Below, piece after piece: positions 33,630-34,736 of a stretch of DNA of 34,736 nt. This stretch comes from a virus (Duplodnaviria > Caudoviricetes). Each line of letters begins with the position of its first letter. Positions within the stretch are counted from its first letter, which is position 1. The stretch lies in the IMG/VR virus record IMGVR_UViG_3300030330_001316, positions 1-34,736 of that record; one strand, 5' to 3'. A program made the translations under genes and the position numbers. Below the pieces are notes generated by a model that ran no database searches, was not told the DNA's origin, and saw only the letters and a list, made by a program, of their open reading frames with translations.

Positions 33630-34639
33630 ATGATGATCCATCCTGTTCCATCTGAACATAAAGTCACAGATTCATATTGAACAGTCAAAGTGATTGCTGT
33701 ACCTGCACCACCTGAATCAATTTGCTCGGTTCCATCAGGATCAATGGTGATGGTAGATGCAAGCAAGTTCTTGACCTGTAATTTGAATCCTGTCAATCCA
33801 CTTGATGATGGAAGGTTCACAGTTGCAGCAGATGAAGAGCAAGTATAAACCCGTTCAAGTTCACTCGCACCAATTGCACCATCTGTGGTTCCAATTGTAT
33901 ATGTTGCGGCTGTAATGGATGTGACTGTTGGACGTGTGCCACCTCCACTTGGCAGATTGGTCAATAGTGAACCATCAACAGCAGGCAACTTGCCCGCGGC
34001 TGTCAGTTGAACAAGTTGGTTGGCACTGTTGGCACCCGCATCAAAGGTTGCAGCACTTCCACACCCTAGGCTTGTTCGAGCTGTTAAACCTGATTCTAAA
34101 ACAAAGTTTGAACCATCACCAACAATGAAGTTGGAATCTGTTGGTGTCAGTCCTGCAATGTCTGCAAGTTGTGCGTCATATGCTTGGACATCAGTGCCAA
34201 TGGTTAGACCAAGTGAAGTGCGTGCCGTGGCTCCTGATTCTGTCACAAAGTTGGAACCATCACCAACAATGATGTGTGAATCTGTTGGTGTCAATCCTGC
34301 AATGTCTGCAAGTTGTGCGTCATATGCTTGGACATCTGAACCAATGGAAACACCAAGTGATGTGCGGGCCGTGGCTCCTGACTCTGTCACAAAGTTGGAA
34401 CCATTGCCAATGATGATGTGGCCATCAGTTGGTGTCAGTCCTGCAACATCATCAAGTTGTGCGTCATATGCTTGGACGTTGGTGCCAATCACAAGGCCAA
34501 GGTTGGTGCGTGCTGTTCCTACATTGGCTAAATCACTCAAGTTGTTTGATGCGAGCAAATCACCTCCACCAGGTAAATTGGTCAATAGTGAACCATCAAC
34601 AGCAGGCAACTTGCCCGCGGCTGTCAGTTGCACAAGTTG
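33626..34639 (-). CDS. Tail fibre protein, C-terminal part (continuation of 1035-1)
   Basis: Three more 48-aa repeats, duplicated AATFDAG...LPAVDGSLLTNLP module and C-terminal TVNLP...SVTLCSDGTGWIII domain. Confidence 0.85.
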   Translation of the reverse strand, partial: QLVQLTAAGKLPAVDGSLLTNLPGGGDLLASNNLSDLANVGTARTNLGLVIGTNVQAYDAQLDDVAGLTPTDGHIIIGNGSNFVTESGATARTSLGVSIGSDVQAYDAQLADIAGLTPTDSHIIVGDGSNFVTESGATARTSLGLTIGTDVQAYDAQLADIAGLTPTDSNFIVGDGSNFVLESGLTARTSLGCGSAATFDAGANSANQLVQLTAAGKLPAVDGSLLTNLPSGGGTRPTVTSITAATYTIGTTDGAIGASELERVYTCSSSAATVNLPSSSGLTGFKLQVKNLLASTITIDPDGTEQIDSGGAGTAITLTVQYESVTLCSDGTGWIII

Positions 34640-34736
34640 ATTGGCTGAATTTGCACCCGCATCAAAGGTTGCAGCACTTCCACACCCTAGGCTTGTTCGA
34701 GCTGTTAAACCTGATTCTAAAACAAAGTTGGAACCA
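34640..34736. repeat. Terminal direct repeat, copy 2
   Basis: Identical to bases 1-97. Confidence 0.93.

Noticed and set aside
57-34080. GTTCGAG sites as tRNA T-loops or tRNA remnants
   Set aside because: They lie inside protein-coding genes and lack flanking T-stems or cloverleaf structure.

Overview
The window looks like a complete, circularly assembled genome (34,639 bp unique) of a tailed dsDNA phage with siphovirus-type organisation. Bases 1-97 equal bases 34640-34736, and a repeat-rich tail fibre gene reads in frame across the join. Most genes are on the minus strand: RHH regulator, SSB, terS, an orphan insert, terL, N6/N4 DNA methyltransferase, a Mu-like head module (portal, protease/scaffold, decoration, major capsid, gpF-like), neck and tail genes with a -1 frameshifted tail chaperone, tape measure, tail-tip proteins, CHAP hydrolase, holin-like protein, tail fibre, three related small tip proteins, two spanin-like membrane proteins and a class II (B12) ribonucleotide reductase. 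Two short plus-strand islands carry ThyX with dCMP deaminase, and a Cro-like HTH with a RecT-like annealase. Replication appears lambda-like (initiator with internal iterons plus DnaC-like loader). I recognised no polymerase, integrase, tRNA or CRISPR. The strongest unexplained signal is genome-wide: all 42 TCGA tetramers I counted by hand sit in TCGAG/CTCGA, 39 of them as TTCGAG/CTCGAA, and they are spaced far more evenly than chance (gaps 257-1735 bp). Other highlights are a candidate structured ncRNA beside the portal gene, a conserved RBS element with a complementary terminator loop, a nested scaffold start and a candidate pac palindrome in terS. Functional calls come from motif recognition, not database searches, and all counts are manual.
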